In this document: positions 51,659 to 64,000 of the stretch, piece by piece | How positions within the stretch are numbered: the first letter of the stretch is position 1 | Layout: each line of letters begins with the position of its first letter | From: Felis catus | Lineage: Eukaryota | Assembly (NCBI RefSeq): GCF_018350175.1 | Contig: NC_058368.1 | Location: forward strand, 217,808,001 to 217,872,000 | Reading direction: 5' to 3' | Length of the DNA stretch: 64,000 nucleotides | Program-made: the position numbers and the translations under genes | The notes under the pieces: generated by a model | Databases searched by the model: none | What the model saw: the letters and a program-made list of their open reading frames with translations, nothing else | Told to the model about the DNA's origin: nothing

Positions 51659-52885
51659 TAAATGAAATTTCTTTTATTCCAAGTGAAAGAATCCTGATAT
51701 GGGACAATACTAGCAACCAACTCAATGTTTGTAGTTAAAGGAGACTCATAAAATTTTATTGAGCTATTAATATTTCATAATGGATCTCTTCTTTGAAGTT
51801 ACTATAAAAAGCCTGTATCCCTAAAGTTGCTAGATTATGACTACTCATATTTATGTTGGAGATTAAGATGGGGAAAACTTCCATTGATGCTTACTTACGA
51901 AGAATGATTGCTCTAACAATCATGCTATAACCATATTATAGTCAAAATAAAGCTGTGATGTAGAATTAAATAAAAAAAAAAGTCTCTGCTAGTTGCACAA
52001 TCTTCAGAGGATCAAAGATGAAGCTGAGATTGGATCTGAGCTCTGCCTTTAATTCTTCCATTCTTTTTCAAAACTATAGTTGTGGGTAAATATAGTCCTG
52101 GTAAATTCAAAATAAGATGATGGCCTTTCCTTTAAACTTTCCCAGGAAAAAGTAGATAATCCCAATTTTTTTTAGGACTTTAGTACAATAAGACTTAAAA
52201 AGTCACCACCCAGACAATGATAAGTAATTAAGTATTTAAATTATCTTGCACGACTACAAAATAAGGAGGAGCAGCACAGTGACTTTCTGTTACCATGAGG
52301 CACTGGCACCGGCCATCTTCATTCAGGCAGTTGGGGGCAGCAGTGTTTCTCTCATCCTGTGTTGTCCTAAGAATTCACTGTATTTCTGCTGTGTTTTGTT
52401 AGAGTTTTCTACATTGATAAGCTTTACATTATAATAACCTATCATGTTTATGGTCTTCCCTGATATAGGTAAACCTTACATACTTATAATGAAATAAAAG
52501 AGACAACCTATCCATTTACTCGTTTTACCAAAATACTTTTACTTCTAGTACAAATGTAGGAATTAGCTCTGTAGGTCATTTAGAAGGGAACAATAACATT
52601 TCTCATGCATATTGAAGAAAACCCACCCCACAAATTTGAAAAATGTATAATAAAACCTAAAAAACCAGGTCATGAACAAAAATGAAATTCAATAGTCACA
52701 AAATTTTGAGATTGTGAAAACATAATTTTAACTATACAACAAAGAGTGTGGTACCATGTAAAACTTAGGTACAAGTGATGAAAATACACAAGTGGTATAT
52801 TAATTTTAATTCTATTTGGCAAGTAATACTTAACATATTTTCCCAATTTTAAATAATTTAAAATTTACTTTTAAAAGTAACATTA

Positions 52886-53112
52886 GGGACACCTGGGTGC
52901 CTCAGTCTGTTAAGTGACCAACTTCGGCTCAGATCATTATCTCACAGTCTGTGAGTTCAAGCCCCACTTCGGACTCTGTGCTGATAGTTTAGAGCCTGGA
53001 GCCTGATTGGATTCTGTGTCTCCCTCTCTCTTTGCCCCTCCCTCTCTCTTTGCCCCTCCCCTGCTCATGCTGTCTTTCTCTGTCTCTCAAAAATGAGTAA
53101 ACATTAAAAAAA
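52886..53112 (+). mobile_element. CAN-SINE with internal 18-bp duplication
   Basis: gggacacctgggtgcctcagtc head; ctctctctttgcccctcc repeated twice at about 53024-53059. Confidence 0.95.
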
Positions 53113-55670
53113 CTTTTTAATATTATATATATCATTTTAAGAATACAGTATTTTATTTAATATTATGCAAAATATTCTTAAATAAGGAAATGGAATTATT
53201 GAGATTTTTTCACATAAATTTTGTCCAACATAATTCTTTGTTTGGTTCTCAATATTTTTTATTTTGCTATTTCCATTTTGATTTTTTCATTTTTAGTTTT
53301 ACTCATCACTTACTGATGATGAAAAATGACATATTAACATTTGAAAGGAAATTATGTTGTAACTATTTAAACAAATAAATCTATAATAAAATCAACACTA
53401 ATTGATAGAAACTTGTAATATTTTACAGATATCTCAAAAATAATCATTATATTTAGAACTCTATGTTCCTCTCTTTTATACTGGCTTCTGCTCCACAAAT
53501 TGAGAAGGAAACATACACATTTTTTTTTAATGTTGTTATTAGCACTAATAATATCAACATGGAAAAACACATGCTGTCATCATTAGAAATAAACAATGTT
53601 GAGTAGTTAAAGTGTACATGACAAATCACTTTGTAAAAGTTCTCAGAGTCTCACTTCATCTAGTGTCTTATTTTCCTGACAGCTATAACTTCACACTATT
53701 TTCAGGCGCTTCCCAGGTACAATTTGCTCACTAACATTCTGTAAGCTCTAAAGGACCAGCAACGTCTCATACAAGTACAAAGGAAATATGTAACAGCAGT
53801 GGTTTGAATTGCTGCAAAAGGATTGCAGACAAGTACGTCCAACAATAGTGTAACAGCTAGCATTATATCCAGATATCTAGAAGGGCATATCTGCTCTACC
53901 TTTGCAAATGGGAAAGGGTCGTTGTTTGCAGGTCAAAGAGAACTTGAGAAATGTCTTAATAAAAAGGACAGGGATGGATGGATTCAAACAAACTCTCTGA
54001 GAGTCCTAAATCCTACTTCTCTATAACCCATGACGCAGGTCACTATAAATGATAATCACCCTTGATCATCTGATATCTCCTACTGACCGATTTTCCAAAC
54101 AAAGCGAAAATTTCCACATACTTTCCTTGCTGAAATAGAAGAAACTTTAACCCTTGTCTGATCATGACCTTCTGGGAAAAACTAAAACAAAAACCTATAA
54201 AATTGAAGCAAATCAAATGAGGGAATTATCTATGAATCCCTAAGTACCTTCCAAATCAGAGTATTGGGCCCTTGTAATCTCTTTTACTGTTACCACTGCA
54301 GATATCAGTGTCAGACCTAACCATGCATGCTTATGCGTGACAAGAACAAGAATGAAATGTTAGATGAATAGATAAACCACCACCACATGTAGAGAGATAA
54401 TTCTTCTGACTCTGACTATATTCTTAATTTAAGGACATAAAGAGTAGACTTTCGTCCAAAGATTATACATTTTGTCAGCTTACGTGAAAAAAATCTTTGG
54501 GATAGTTGCCTTTGTTTTCCCCAGAGCTGTGGGAAAAACATTTAGAAATTAAATACATGGTTTTATGTGTTTAACTATGAACAACAGATATTGCCAAATT
54601 CTCACAACAAAATTGAAATGTATATTAATATTTTGAATATGCAATCCGATATACTAACTTCTAGATTACTGTGCTATCATCTCATTTCAGAGGCCTGTGC
54701 GCTGCCATTTCAGTGGAGAACATTCTTTCCAATGTACACATACAGTTTGGTGGTTGACTGCTTACACGTCGAAGAATGGAGTGTTAAGGATGGGCAATAC
54801 TTTTGGCACAAACACATAAAAATTCTGATTAAATCATGTCCTGAAAAAAGTGCAATCCTGAGAAAATTAAAGGAAAAAATACAGGCATGAAATATAAATT
54901 GAAAAAAAAATTAAGGATAACTATTTGGGGTTGATAGGGCAGAAAACAGAAAATTCAGATCTGTATGTTGACACTAAGGGCTAGGTACTAAAGTTCTAAT
55001 GCCTACACAGGCACAGGAGCCAATGATGTAGCTAAAATTTAAAAATATTCATTACCAAACAAGACAAAAAGCAAACAAACCATTATTAAGAAAGTGGCAA
55101 AAATACAGGTTGAATACAAGAGAATTAAAAATTAAAAATTTCAGTAAAAAATTCAATTATCCATATCTTGAATCTGCAAACTTTAAAGCTCTCTGATGTC
55201 CTCACACACATGTGTTTAAATGGTTTTTTTTTCTTCCAGCTTTTCCAGTGCCTTCCAGTTTTCTTGTCATTGTGGGAATAAAAACTAATAGGTCCTATTA
55301 TACTTCCCAACATACAGCCTTGCAAGGGTTTTCATAGGTCCAATCTGAGTCTCATAAATGATTATCTAAACAATTTGAATCATCATTTCCAAGGATACAT
55401 TTAAAGTAATGTTGCAGCTCTTATTCATAAGCATTTTACATGTAGTCTACACATGAGGCTACATGGGTAATGGAGTTGTCCACACGGTTTACACAATACT
55501 CTCTTAGGTGGTATTTCAAAGAGCACTGTACCCACAACATTTTGAACTGCTCTCAATAACATCATCATTCCAATAAAGTTGTGGTTAAAGACACATTTTG
55601 AGTCTTTTCAAAGGTAAGGATTTAATCCAAGGTACGAGTACACCACCACATGTCTAAAATCACAGACTAT

Positions 55671-55901
55671 GGGGGTGCCTGGGTGTCTCAGTCGTTTACG
55701 TGTCCGACTTCAGTTCAGGTCATGATGTCACGACTCATGAGTTCAAGCTCTGCATCTGGCTCTGTGCTTGCTCACAGCTCTGAGCCTGGAGTCTACTTCA
55801 GATTCTGTGTCTCCTTCTCTCCCTGCCCTTTTCCCACTCATGCTCTATCTGTCTCTCTCTCTCAAAACTAAGTAAACATTAAAAAATAATAATAATAAAA
55901 C
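55671..55901 (+). mobile_element. CAN-SINE
   Basis: TSD aaaat(cac/ggt)agactat at 55656-55670 and 55902-55916. Confidence 0.95.
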
Positions 55902-56376
55902 AAAATGGTAGACTATAGCTTCAAACTATACTACAAAGATGACTCGGAATGGATAAATACTTCCATGTCACTAATTAAAAGTATGATAGAAATTATACGA
56001 CTTCAAAGTTATAAGCAATTAGCATATCTTTTATGTAGTAATCAATAAGGTTACAATCACCTCATATAATGTTAACTTTATATATTAATATAATAATTTT
56101 CAAGTGTAAGAGGAAGACACATAACTAAAATTAGCTACATATAAAGGATTGTGGCTATTCCTGCTAGAAGGTCTAATAGTTATAATATCTTTAGAATAAC
56201 CAAATTTATAAATTTGATGGATCTCTGTTTCTCCTTTTCTTGGCCTTGCTACTTTTACTTTGTTGGTTTTATTCTACAGAAATCTTATCATTACTGCCAG
56301 CATTTCCAGACTTACACGATCCAATCTTAACGTTGGCAACCTCAATGAAACAAGATCTTCCTCCTCTAATTTTAGA

Positions 56377-56919
56377 ATGTAGAATAATAGCTCTGCCTTC
56401 TCTTGTTGCCTCACACATATCCACACAGACCACACAAAGGCTTGAACCCACAATTTGAGTCTTGGTAAAATGCCTTGTGATCCTCCCACGACAGGAGAGG
56501 ACAGAAGGCCTGTGAGGAGCAACTGGAAAACCATGTCACATACCCCTTTGTATATCATCTGTGAGACTAACGTGAACCATTTTTCACCACATCCCAGATT
56601 CTGATGTGGTGTGGGGCTCTCTGTCCCACCCCCCTCAGAATAAAGCTTCAGAATATAAAACCACCTGGCTGCAGTCTAGAATGGGCTCCTTAGTGATGGG
56701 GTATCCAGCAACTCCGTCTAGTCTTTCAAACTCTTTTTCTCGTGTCATCGCTTTTTGTATGGGACAAGCAACTTGGGCAGCTGGCACCTTAGGCTTATTT
56801 TTCTTTTCATTGTCTATGTAAACAATAAATTGTCTAATGCAACGATAGTTGTTTTAATGTATCTTTACCAGTCACTTCAGTCAGGCCTTGGTCTTAGCTT
56901 GTCTTATGCATGCTTCACA
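56377..56919 (+). mobile_element. Ancient solo LTR, family unassigned
   Basis: TATAAAA near 56654, AATAAA near 56824, ..ca terminus. The 3' part tgtatctttaccagtc..cagtcaggccttggtcttagcttgtctt resembles old eutherian LTRs. 5' boundary uncertain. Confidence 0.55.
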
Positions 56920-57093
56920 CAAACATCAAATGGCCATGCAGGTGGTCATGAAAAGAGAAAAACTTGTCATGGTGTGGAGGAGAAATACAAAACCTATAGA
57001 AGGTGGAAATATTAAATCGTAGCTAAAATATATCTTAAACAAATACACCTTTGTCTTTTTTAACTGTTTGAAAGATCCCAGATACTTCTTTTA

Positions 57094-57462
57094 CGTATGG
57101 GTTTTCTATTGTTAATGGAATAGCACAAATTTTGGCTTAAAACAACACAGACTTATTATGTCATACTTCTGTAGAAGTCAGATATCTTCCTGGGCTTGAT
57201 CTTCCATTTTCAAAGTCAACAGCATGTATATCTCTGATCATCCTTCTGTCACTCTCCACAGCTGAAAAAGGATTTCTGCCTTTAGGACTCAAGTGGTTAT
57301 GTTTGTCCCATCAAAATAAAGATAATCCATTAAGATGGGGACATTATTAATGCTTAATATAGTAACATCTACAAAGTCCCTTCTGCCATGTAAGGTAACA
57401 GTCACAGGTTCTAGAGATCAGGCCGTGGACATCTCTGGGAGGGCATTTTATTCTTGTCACCA
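57094..57462 (-). mobile_element. MLT1 (C/D-like) MaLR solo LTR
   Basis: ggcttaaaacaacacagacttattat..ttctgtagaagtcaga; acatctacaaagtcccttctgccatgtaaggtaacagtcacaggttctagagatcagg..gtggacatct. Confidence 0.85.
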
Positions 57463-58867
57463 GAAATTGCTGACAGAGGTATTCAATTGCTTAACAAATA
57501 TGTGTATAGTTATGCTTGCTGAATGTGGGATGGTAGTGGGAGAGAAATTAAAAGTGAGTCCATATTCCTAACAGCCATAGTAGAAACACAGAGTAGAAAC
57601 ACAGAGTTAGCACAAACAGTTGCTAGTTGGAACCATGAAAATCAAAATATCATGGTAATTATGAAAGACAGAAGAGCAGACAGACCATCAGAGTAGTCTA
57701 AAATGCAGATTTGACTGAAATTATATGGCTCCCAAGATGAAATCAACAGGCAGCTAGGTAACTAAACCACAGGCAACCAAGTAACTGGTAAAACTTAGAT
57801 TTTATAATTGAAAATATCTGGGTCACCAAACAAGCCACAAACTCTAAAAATCACGACCCTGTCCAGTTTCATACCTACGCAAAAAATTGAAGCACTCTGA
57901 AAAAAAGGTCAGGTGAGTCTCCTAAGGATTTTTTCTATTGCATCGTGCATATTGACAGGAAACACTGACCTGATCCTTCCCCAAAGGAAACCGTCACTCA
58001 CTAACTAAGTAAATGACTCCAAATTAACCCCAGTTCTAGAATGTGACATTAATCCACTAGGCTAAATAAAGCCTTATCAGGTAATAAATGGAGTGATTAC
58101 TGAAGACCTCATCTTAACCTAAGTTGCCCTAAATCAATCTATGTATATTTACTCATTCCCTGAGGGCAGCCAAGGGCCCAAATTACGTCATGTTATATCC
58201 ACAGAAGATGACAAAATTGTTATGGCATTTCAAGTGGAAAGAATAAAAGTTCTTGTAGCCATAGATAACAAGCTGGGAGTACTGGCTTCTAAAGACTCTG
58301 CTACTCCATGGGTTAAGGGGATCAATATCACAGGACATTATTACACAGCTACAGCAAACCAGAGTATTGTGGCATGCTAGCTGGAAGATTCTCCTTCAGA
58401 AAGGCAACTTTAATCATGTAAGAAACCTCACGGTAGAAATGTGTAGTATCACACGTCATACCTGTAACACACTTCTACCTCTATTATAGGTATGTCACCA
58501 GCACAGCTGGTATTCCTTTGGTATAGATTATACAGTGCACTAATTGCCTCTATCCATTTTGATTTGATTTAGTGCCTATGTTTAACCTTGTACTGAATAA
58601 ATTTAATATCAACCATGCCACAGTACAAGATATGGAAAATATAAGTGATTTGATTCTTTACACATCCCTTTTCATTCTCCTTTTGACTAGATAAAAGTTT
58701 TAAGTGACAGGACGAGAATAACACTGCAAGTATTAACTTAATCAAGTCATGTTTTCCACTGAAGATGTAGTCCTGAACACATTCTCTTTACTAGAGCAAG
58801 CTAATATAATCCCTGGAAGTTGGAATAATATTATTAATCTGGTCAGTGGAGGTTTCTCTATACCAGG

Positions 58868-59216
58868 TGTGAAAATAAAGGAAACCTCTTTTAAAAAGGA
58901 GACAGGAACACTCAAGGGGGAGCTCTCACACAATACCACTTGCTATAGGAAGTATACTTCCTACTCCTCAACAGGAAGAAGCTTACTTTACATATCCCAG
59001 CAGGAGGAAGGAAGAATTTCTCCTTGCCCAGCCACAGCCCAGCCAACAAGAACTCAGCAAAACAGCCTCGCCCAGATTCTTCCTTTCCCCTATAAGAACA
59101 AGCCCCTTTCCTCCACTCTCCAGACTTGCCTATGATTCACCCTAGTTTGTTTATCCTTAATTGCAATTCCTCTGCTATTCCCAAATAAATGCTGGCTTTT
59201 TTTTTTAAGGTCAATC
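58868..59216 (+). mobile_element. ERV1-class solo LTR, family unassigned
   Basis: TG start (tgtgaaaataaaggaaacc), TATAA near 59091, aattgcaattcctctgctattcccaaataaa polyA region, ttaaggtcaa end. Confidence 0.7.
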
Positions 59217-59220
59217 AATT

Positions 59221-59442
59221 CAGGGGCCTGCAAACTATAGCTGTAGGGCAATCTGACCTGCTATCTGTTTTGTAAACAAAATTATATAGGAACACAGCAA
59301 AATCTATTCATTTACATATTACCCATAATTGCTCTGATATTGCATTGGTAGACTCAAGTATGTGCAATAGAGTCTTCATGGCTCACAAAATTTCAAATAC
59401 TTACTCTCTGGTCCCTTATAGAACAAATGCTATCAATCTCTA
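59221..59442 (+). mobile_element. MER58A-like hAT-Charlie fossil
   Basis: caggggcctgcaaacta..ctgttttgtaaacaaa..ggaacacagc..ttcatttacatatt..atggctcacaaa..aaatacttactctctggtccctt. Confidence 0.85.
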
Positions 59443-59897
59443 TATCAACAAATAGAAAAGCATGGAAGATCGCTTTCATCAGGCAAGAATTAAAGTGTCT
59501 TTTTAGTTTCTTTTTTTCACAGATACTGATTTGTTTCTCTTCCCCAAATAATATACACCTCACCACTGTAAATGATATTGCATTGATGACACCATGCTAA
59601 TATGACTGAGAAAAGGGGAATCATTGGCATTTTAATGTTTTTATAGTTCACTTGCAATGACACAGGGTACAAATTTAGTATCAGAAACACAGAGCACTGC
59701 CATTTCAGTGTAGAATACTTTCCTGAAAATTTCCCTGGGATTTGGAGAATCAAAATCTTTCCCTTATTTTTGACCTACAAAAAAAATGGATGGATTATAG
59801 AACAATGATGCAGCTAATTGCCTCATATAAAGAAATGCAGCTCCCTAATACACTTGCTATAGTTACACTATCCTCAGCAGAATAAAATATGGCATGA

Positions 59898-59902
<5 letters not shown>

Positions 59903-59947
<45 letters not shown>
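59903..59947. repeat. (CA)n microsatellite
   Basis: Seen directly. Confidence 0.97.
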
Positions 59948-59949
<2 letters not shown>

Positions 59950-60050
59950 TGGTTCCAATGGATCTTTAGTTTGCACTGAAATCTAGATTACTGGTCATTC
60001 CCTAGCAAGCTAGATCACGGATCACTTTTGTTTCCCAGCCTAAATGCCAG

Positions 60051-60090
60051 TCTCTCTCTCTCTTTTTCTCTTTCTTTCTTTCTCTTTGTC

Positions 60091-60121
<31 letters not shown>

Positions 60122-60220
60122 CTTTTCTTTTCTTTTCTTTTCTTTTCTTTTCCTTTCCTTTCCTTTCCTTTCCTTTCCTTTCCTTTCCTTTCCTTTTCTT
60201 TTCTTTTCTTTTCTTTTCTC
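60051..60220. repeat. Polypyrimidine (TTTTC)n/(TTTCC)n compound repeat
   Basis: Seen directly. Confidence 0.97.
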
Positions 60221-61289
60221 ATTCTTCTATACATATCAGCTCCAACATTTATCTACTCATCTTCTCGGACATTATTATCTAGTAGCCTTATCAGGTCATC
60301 TTATAAAACACAGGGTAGAAGTTGTTTAGAATTAACACAAATTCTTTAGCAAAGGCTTTATAATCTACTCAAAATCTACTTGATTTTCCAAGTCTAAACT
60401 TTGACCTTGCTACCTTAGACCTCTGCCATTCCCTTTTCATCCAATAAAACTCTCATTAAGTCTTCAAAACAACAAATTATGCCTCTACTGGAATATTGAT
60501 TTCATATGTTGATTTCAACACCAAAATGATTAGTAGGCAAGCCTTCTCAATGTGTAATAATTACACATCTGTTGTGGCCCTTTTAGTGTTTTGTGTTTAC
60601 TTCTAAACGCACACACACACCCACACACTCACACATACACAATCATAAAGCGGGAATGTTAAAGAGAAATGGTAACCCTTAACCTGGTAGGTACATTAAG
60701 TTTACTGAGTATATTTTTTCTTAACTTATAGAATTTATGTTTGACCACTTCAAAAAGAAATGCTCTGTACAAAGCTTTCTCTCTGCTCTTTTTAAGAAAC
60801 CATAGTTCATTTGGTAAATTCACATTAATAATACCTTCCTGGAGGATACTCAACTCAGGCCACATAGTCAGGTGTGTGCTGGCTAGATTCTTATTTAGAT
60901 TTCTGTTGGTCAATCTCTTTGTTTATAATGGTCTGAAGAAAATCTACTTTAACTCAAAGACTTTATTTTGGCACAATATTTTTCTTCTCTGGTTTGATTT
61001 CCAGATTTGGTTTCTTCTTCTAAGCTTCACACATACAAACATTGTTTAAGATTTTTCATCGAAGTCAACTTGAATAGACCAACAGTTAAAACAATTAATG
61101 GCTATTGAGCATCTATCATTTAAAATAGGCTTCACAGATGAGCTAACTTGAAAAGAACACATCTTTTCTATGCTAGTCCACAGGTAAATATGGAAAATTC
61201 ACCAATTTATTTTACAAAGCCAGCATATAATGTAACAAGACCTAACTAAATAGCACATGCTTGTGTATGTGCATGAACACAAAACTCCA

Positions 61290-61545
61290 AATTGTATAAT
61301 TGATCATAGAAGCAAACATCTAAATACAATAGCACATGTATTCCAACAATATGCTAAAATAATAAGCAATAAGGGTTATTTTAGAAATCCAAGGATCATT
61401 CAAAACTAGGAAATCTATCAATATAGTTCAGTTCATCAATTATTAAAGGAGAAAAAAAGATTATATAAATATACAACTAAAAACATCTGAAAAATTCAGC
61501 AGTCACTCCTTATAAGAATTTAAACAGAAAGAAACTGCCTAATTG
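61290..61545 (+). mobile_element. Old L1 ORF2 (RT region) fragment
   Basis: tccaacaatat..gaaatccaaggatcattcaaaactaggaaatctatcaat..aaaggagaaaaa..aaaacatctgaaaaattcagc. Confidence 0.6.
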
Positions 61546-61627
61546 CAACTTTTGAATTCTTAATTTGAATACTGGACTAGAGAGTGGGTTGGGGAATATG
61601 TATAAAGAATATATTGGGGAATTTGGC

Positions 61628-61678
61628 AGGAAGGAAGGAAGGAAGGAAGGAAGGAAGGAAGGAAGGAAGGAAGGAAGA
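61628..61678. repeat. (GGAA)n microsatellite
   Basis: Seen directly. Confidence 0.97.
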
Positions 61679-61894
61679 ACAGATTATTCATGTCTGAGAT
61701 CTAGTTCCCTGTCTCACTTGATTCTGACAAAATCATTTGAACTAAAGCTGTGAAATGCAAGCTAACTTAACAAAAACATATTTTAAAAGTGAAATCAATA
61801 TATCTTTTATTCATAATTTTGTAATTGGCAATTTTACAAGTACTTATTTCTCCTAGCTTAACTTCATAAGACATACAATTTAAAAAAAATAAAT

Positions 61895-62248
61895 GTGGCA
61901 GGTTAAGACAACACAAATTTATTATCTCATTGTTCTCATGGATCAGGAGTCAGTCTGGCATAGCTGAACTGTGTCCTCTTCTTGGGCTCTCACTAGACTG
62001 TGGTGAAGGAGTCAGGTAGGCTGTATTCTCCCCATATAAGCTTCCTATTCTATCCAGGATAATGTCCTATTTGAGTAAGTATAAATCAACTGCTCTGGGA
62101 TCTTAATTATATTTGCAAGACCCTCTCATCTTTATCAAATAAACTAACCTTATCACTGGAATGACATTCCATCATTTTTATGGGTCTCGCCCATTCTCAA
62201 GAGGCAAATACATATCTGGGGGACCATCTTATTATTCTGCCTACCACA
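61895..62248 (-). mobile_element. MLT1E-like MaLR LTR
   Basis: acaacacaaatttattatctca..ggatcaggagtc; aaatcaactg..gggatcttaattatatttgcaa..; gggggaccatctt..attctgcctaccaca. Confidence 0.8.
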
Positions 62249-63319
62249 GAAGATTTAAAATATTTAAGCAAATTAACATCAAATAAACCTGAAACTTAAA
62301 ACTATAACACCTGTGTTAAATACTCACCTAGACCTACAGGCAGGACAGTAAAGCTCTCTGAAACTCAGTTTCTTAATTTCAAAATTTAGAGGTCTAGATA
62401 AAATGAACACAAAGGTCTCTATTTGTACTTAGATGGTATAATTTGACACTTATAAATATAACTTTAGTAACCTGGACAACTCGTCTCCCAATTATACTGT
62501 ATAAATATGGTGCTACCACATTTAGCTTCAGCAAATACGGTTCCTTGACAGTCATTACTAAGACAGAACATAATTTCTTAAAGCAACATGGCGGTTTACT
62601 CAATTCTTTCTCATTCTTAAGTATCAAATTATATTTGAAATCATAGTTTCTTTCTTAAAACTGCAGAAAGTCTTAATCCTAACTGATGAGTATTCAGATA
62701 TAAATAATGGCACAATTTTTTCAAGTGCTGAAAATCATAGCAGTAAAACTGTTCTAATGTGTTAACTTAGCAATTAGAAGTCAATTAAATCTATATCATG
62801 CTTGAGGTTTTATCTATATCTTGCAACAGATTACATGTTAATCACATTTGAAGACATAAGAAAAGATGAGCTGAATTTTCCCACATTTTATAGTATGTTT
62901 TACTTTTCTTAATAATTCTCAGTTTTAATCATACAGATATATACCCATATTGCATACCTGTATCTATATATGTGTATATATTATGTACACAAACACACAC
63001 AAATCTATCTTTTATATTGAAAGCACTTAAAATAATGAATATACTATCAAAATATAAAGGAATGTTGGCATCATTTGCAAAATTAATACACCCCAAAATT
63101 AAAAAGACACATCTAAGTTGTGTGTATGTGTTTAAACCAAGTATATTTGGTAACTGAATGCATATTTCCCCAGAGCGAAATAAAAAAGCAACAGCAAATT
63201 AAAGGAATATCAAGTGGCTGAAAGCCAAATCCAGCTACTATCTACACCTCTCCAGATCATCTGCCCTGAGTCAAAGGAAGGCCCTGCTCAAAACTCAAGG
63301 TTGTTACTTGAGCTATTAT

Positions 63320-64000
63320 CCCATTTACTCCTACACATTGATTTTTCTCTTTAAGATAATTCCTGTCAGCCCACGAACATCCTGTTAACTCTCCCACATT
63401 GAAAAACATCACTTATCTCCTCTTCTTCCACCAGACACGCCCTCGTTCTCCTCTTCCCTTTATAACAAAATGCTCTGAATTCCCAGATTTTAATTCTTCT
63501 CTTCTCATTCTCCACTCCAACCACTCTACTCAGGCTTTTCTTCTGAGAGTGCTCACCAAGTCACTTCCTTTCATGTGCAATTTTCCAGTCCCCTCATTAC
63601 CTAACCAGTCAATAGTATTTGGTATAGATAAAGATTGTCCCTGTATTTCTTCTCTTCACTTCCAGGACAACATGCTCTCCTGGTTTTAATTTCACCTTAA
63701 TGTACTTTCTTTCTCTGTATCCTTTGCCATTCCCTCCTCTTTGCCAAACATTTGTATGTTGGAGTCCCAAGGGATCAAACCTGAGGCCCCTTCACTGCTG
63801 AAAATAATATGGTCCATTGATCTCATGGATTTAAATAGCCTATATTATGATGCCAACCAAATGTACAGCTTCATCTTAGATATTTCTAACTCTGATGGCT
63901 TATGGAACATAAACCTTGCATGGCTGATAGTCACCTCAAATGTCACATTTCCAAACTGACTCTATAATCTTCACTCTCAGTATTTGTAGCATCTACAGTC
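63320..64000 (+). mobile_element. L2 ORF2 (RT) fragment
   Basis: aaccactctactcaggctt; cttccaggacaacatgctctcctggttt; tgttggagtcccaagggatca (GVPQG motif); tctcatggatttaaatagc; cacctcaaatgtcacatttccaaactgactc. Confidence 0.8.

Noticed and set aside
54031..54050. TGACG / AGGTCA / TATAAAT cluster resembling a core promoter
   Set aside because: Short motifs expected by chance in AT-rich DNA; no CpG island or downstream exon.
58749..59135. 128-aa ORF
   Set aside because: Runs into a solo LTR; no recognisable protein similarity.
1..64000. CRISPR arrays, operons or another novel multi-gene system
   Set aside because: Eukaryotic repeat-rich DNA with no repeat-spacer array and no gene-dense coding sequence.

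Overview
AT-rich mammalian genomic DNA from a carnivore, almost certainly a felid: it carries 26 tRNA-derived CAN-SINEs, several of the young felid type, plus a felid-type L1 3' end. I find no protein-coding gene, RNA gene, CpG island or prokaryotic-type system. The supplied ORFs are short and, where I can trace them, come from SINEs, L1 remnants or microsatellites. The window reads as intergenic or deep-intronic sequence built from layered transposon fossils: L2, MIR, hAT-type MER3/MER5/MER33/MER58, MaLR/ERV solo LTRs, old L1M elements, carnivore L1s and SINEs. The best-supported unusual structures are: (i) a twin-primed, 5'-inverted L1 nested in an older L1 (36346-39193); (ii) an L1 whose 5' UTR is fused directly to the end of ORF2 (16087-17845); (iii) two SINE-in-SINE-tail insertions; (iv) near-identical young SINEs and a young L1 stub with intact TSDs; (v) a tail-to-tail inverted SINE pair. 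I could not support a new biological system. Family names were assigned by eye from recalled consensus sequences, and the boundaries of old repeats are approximate.
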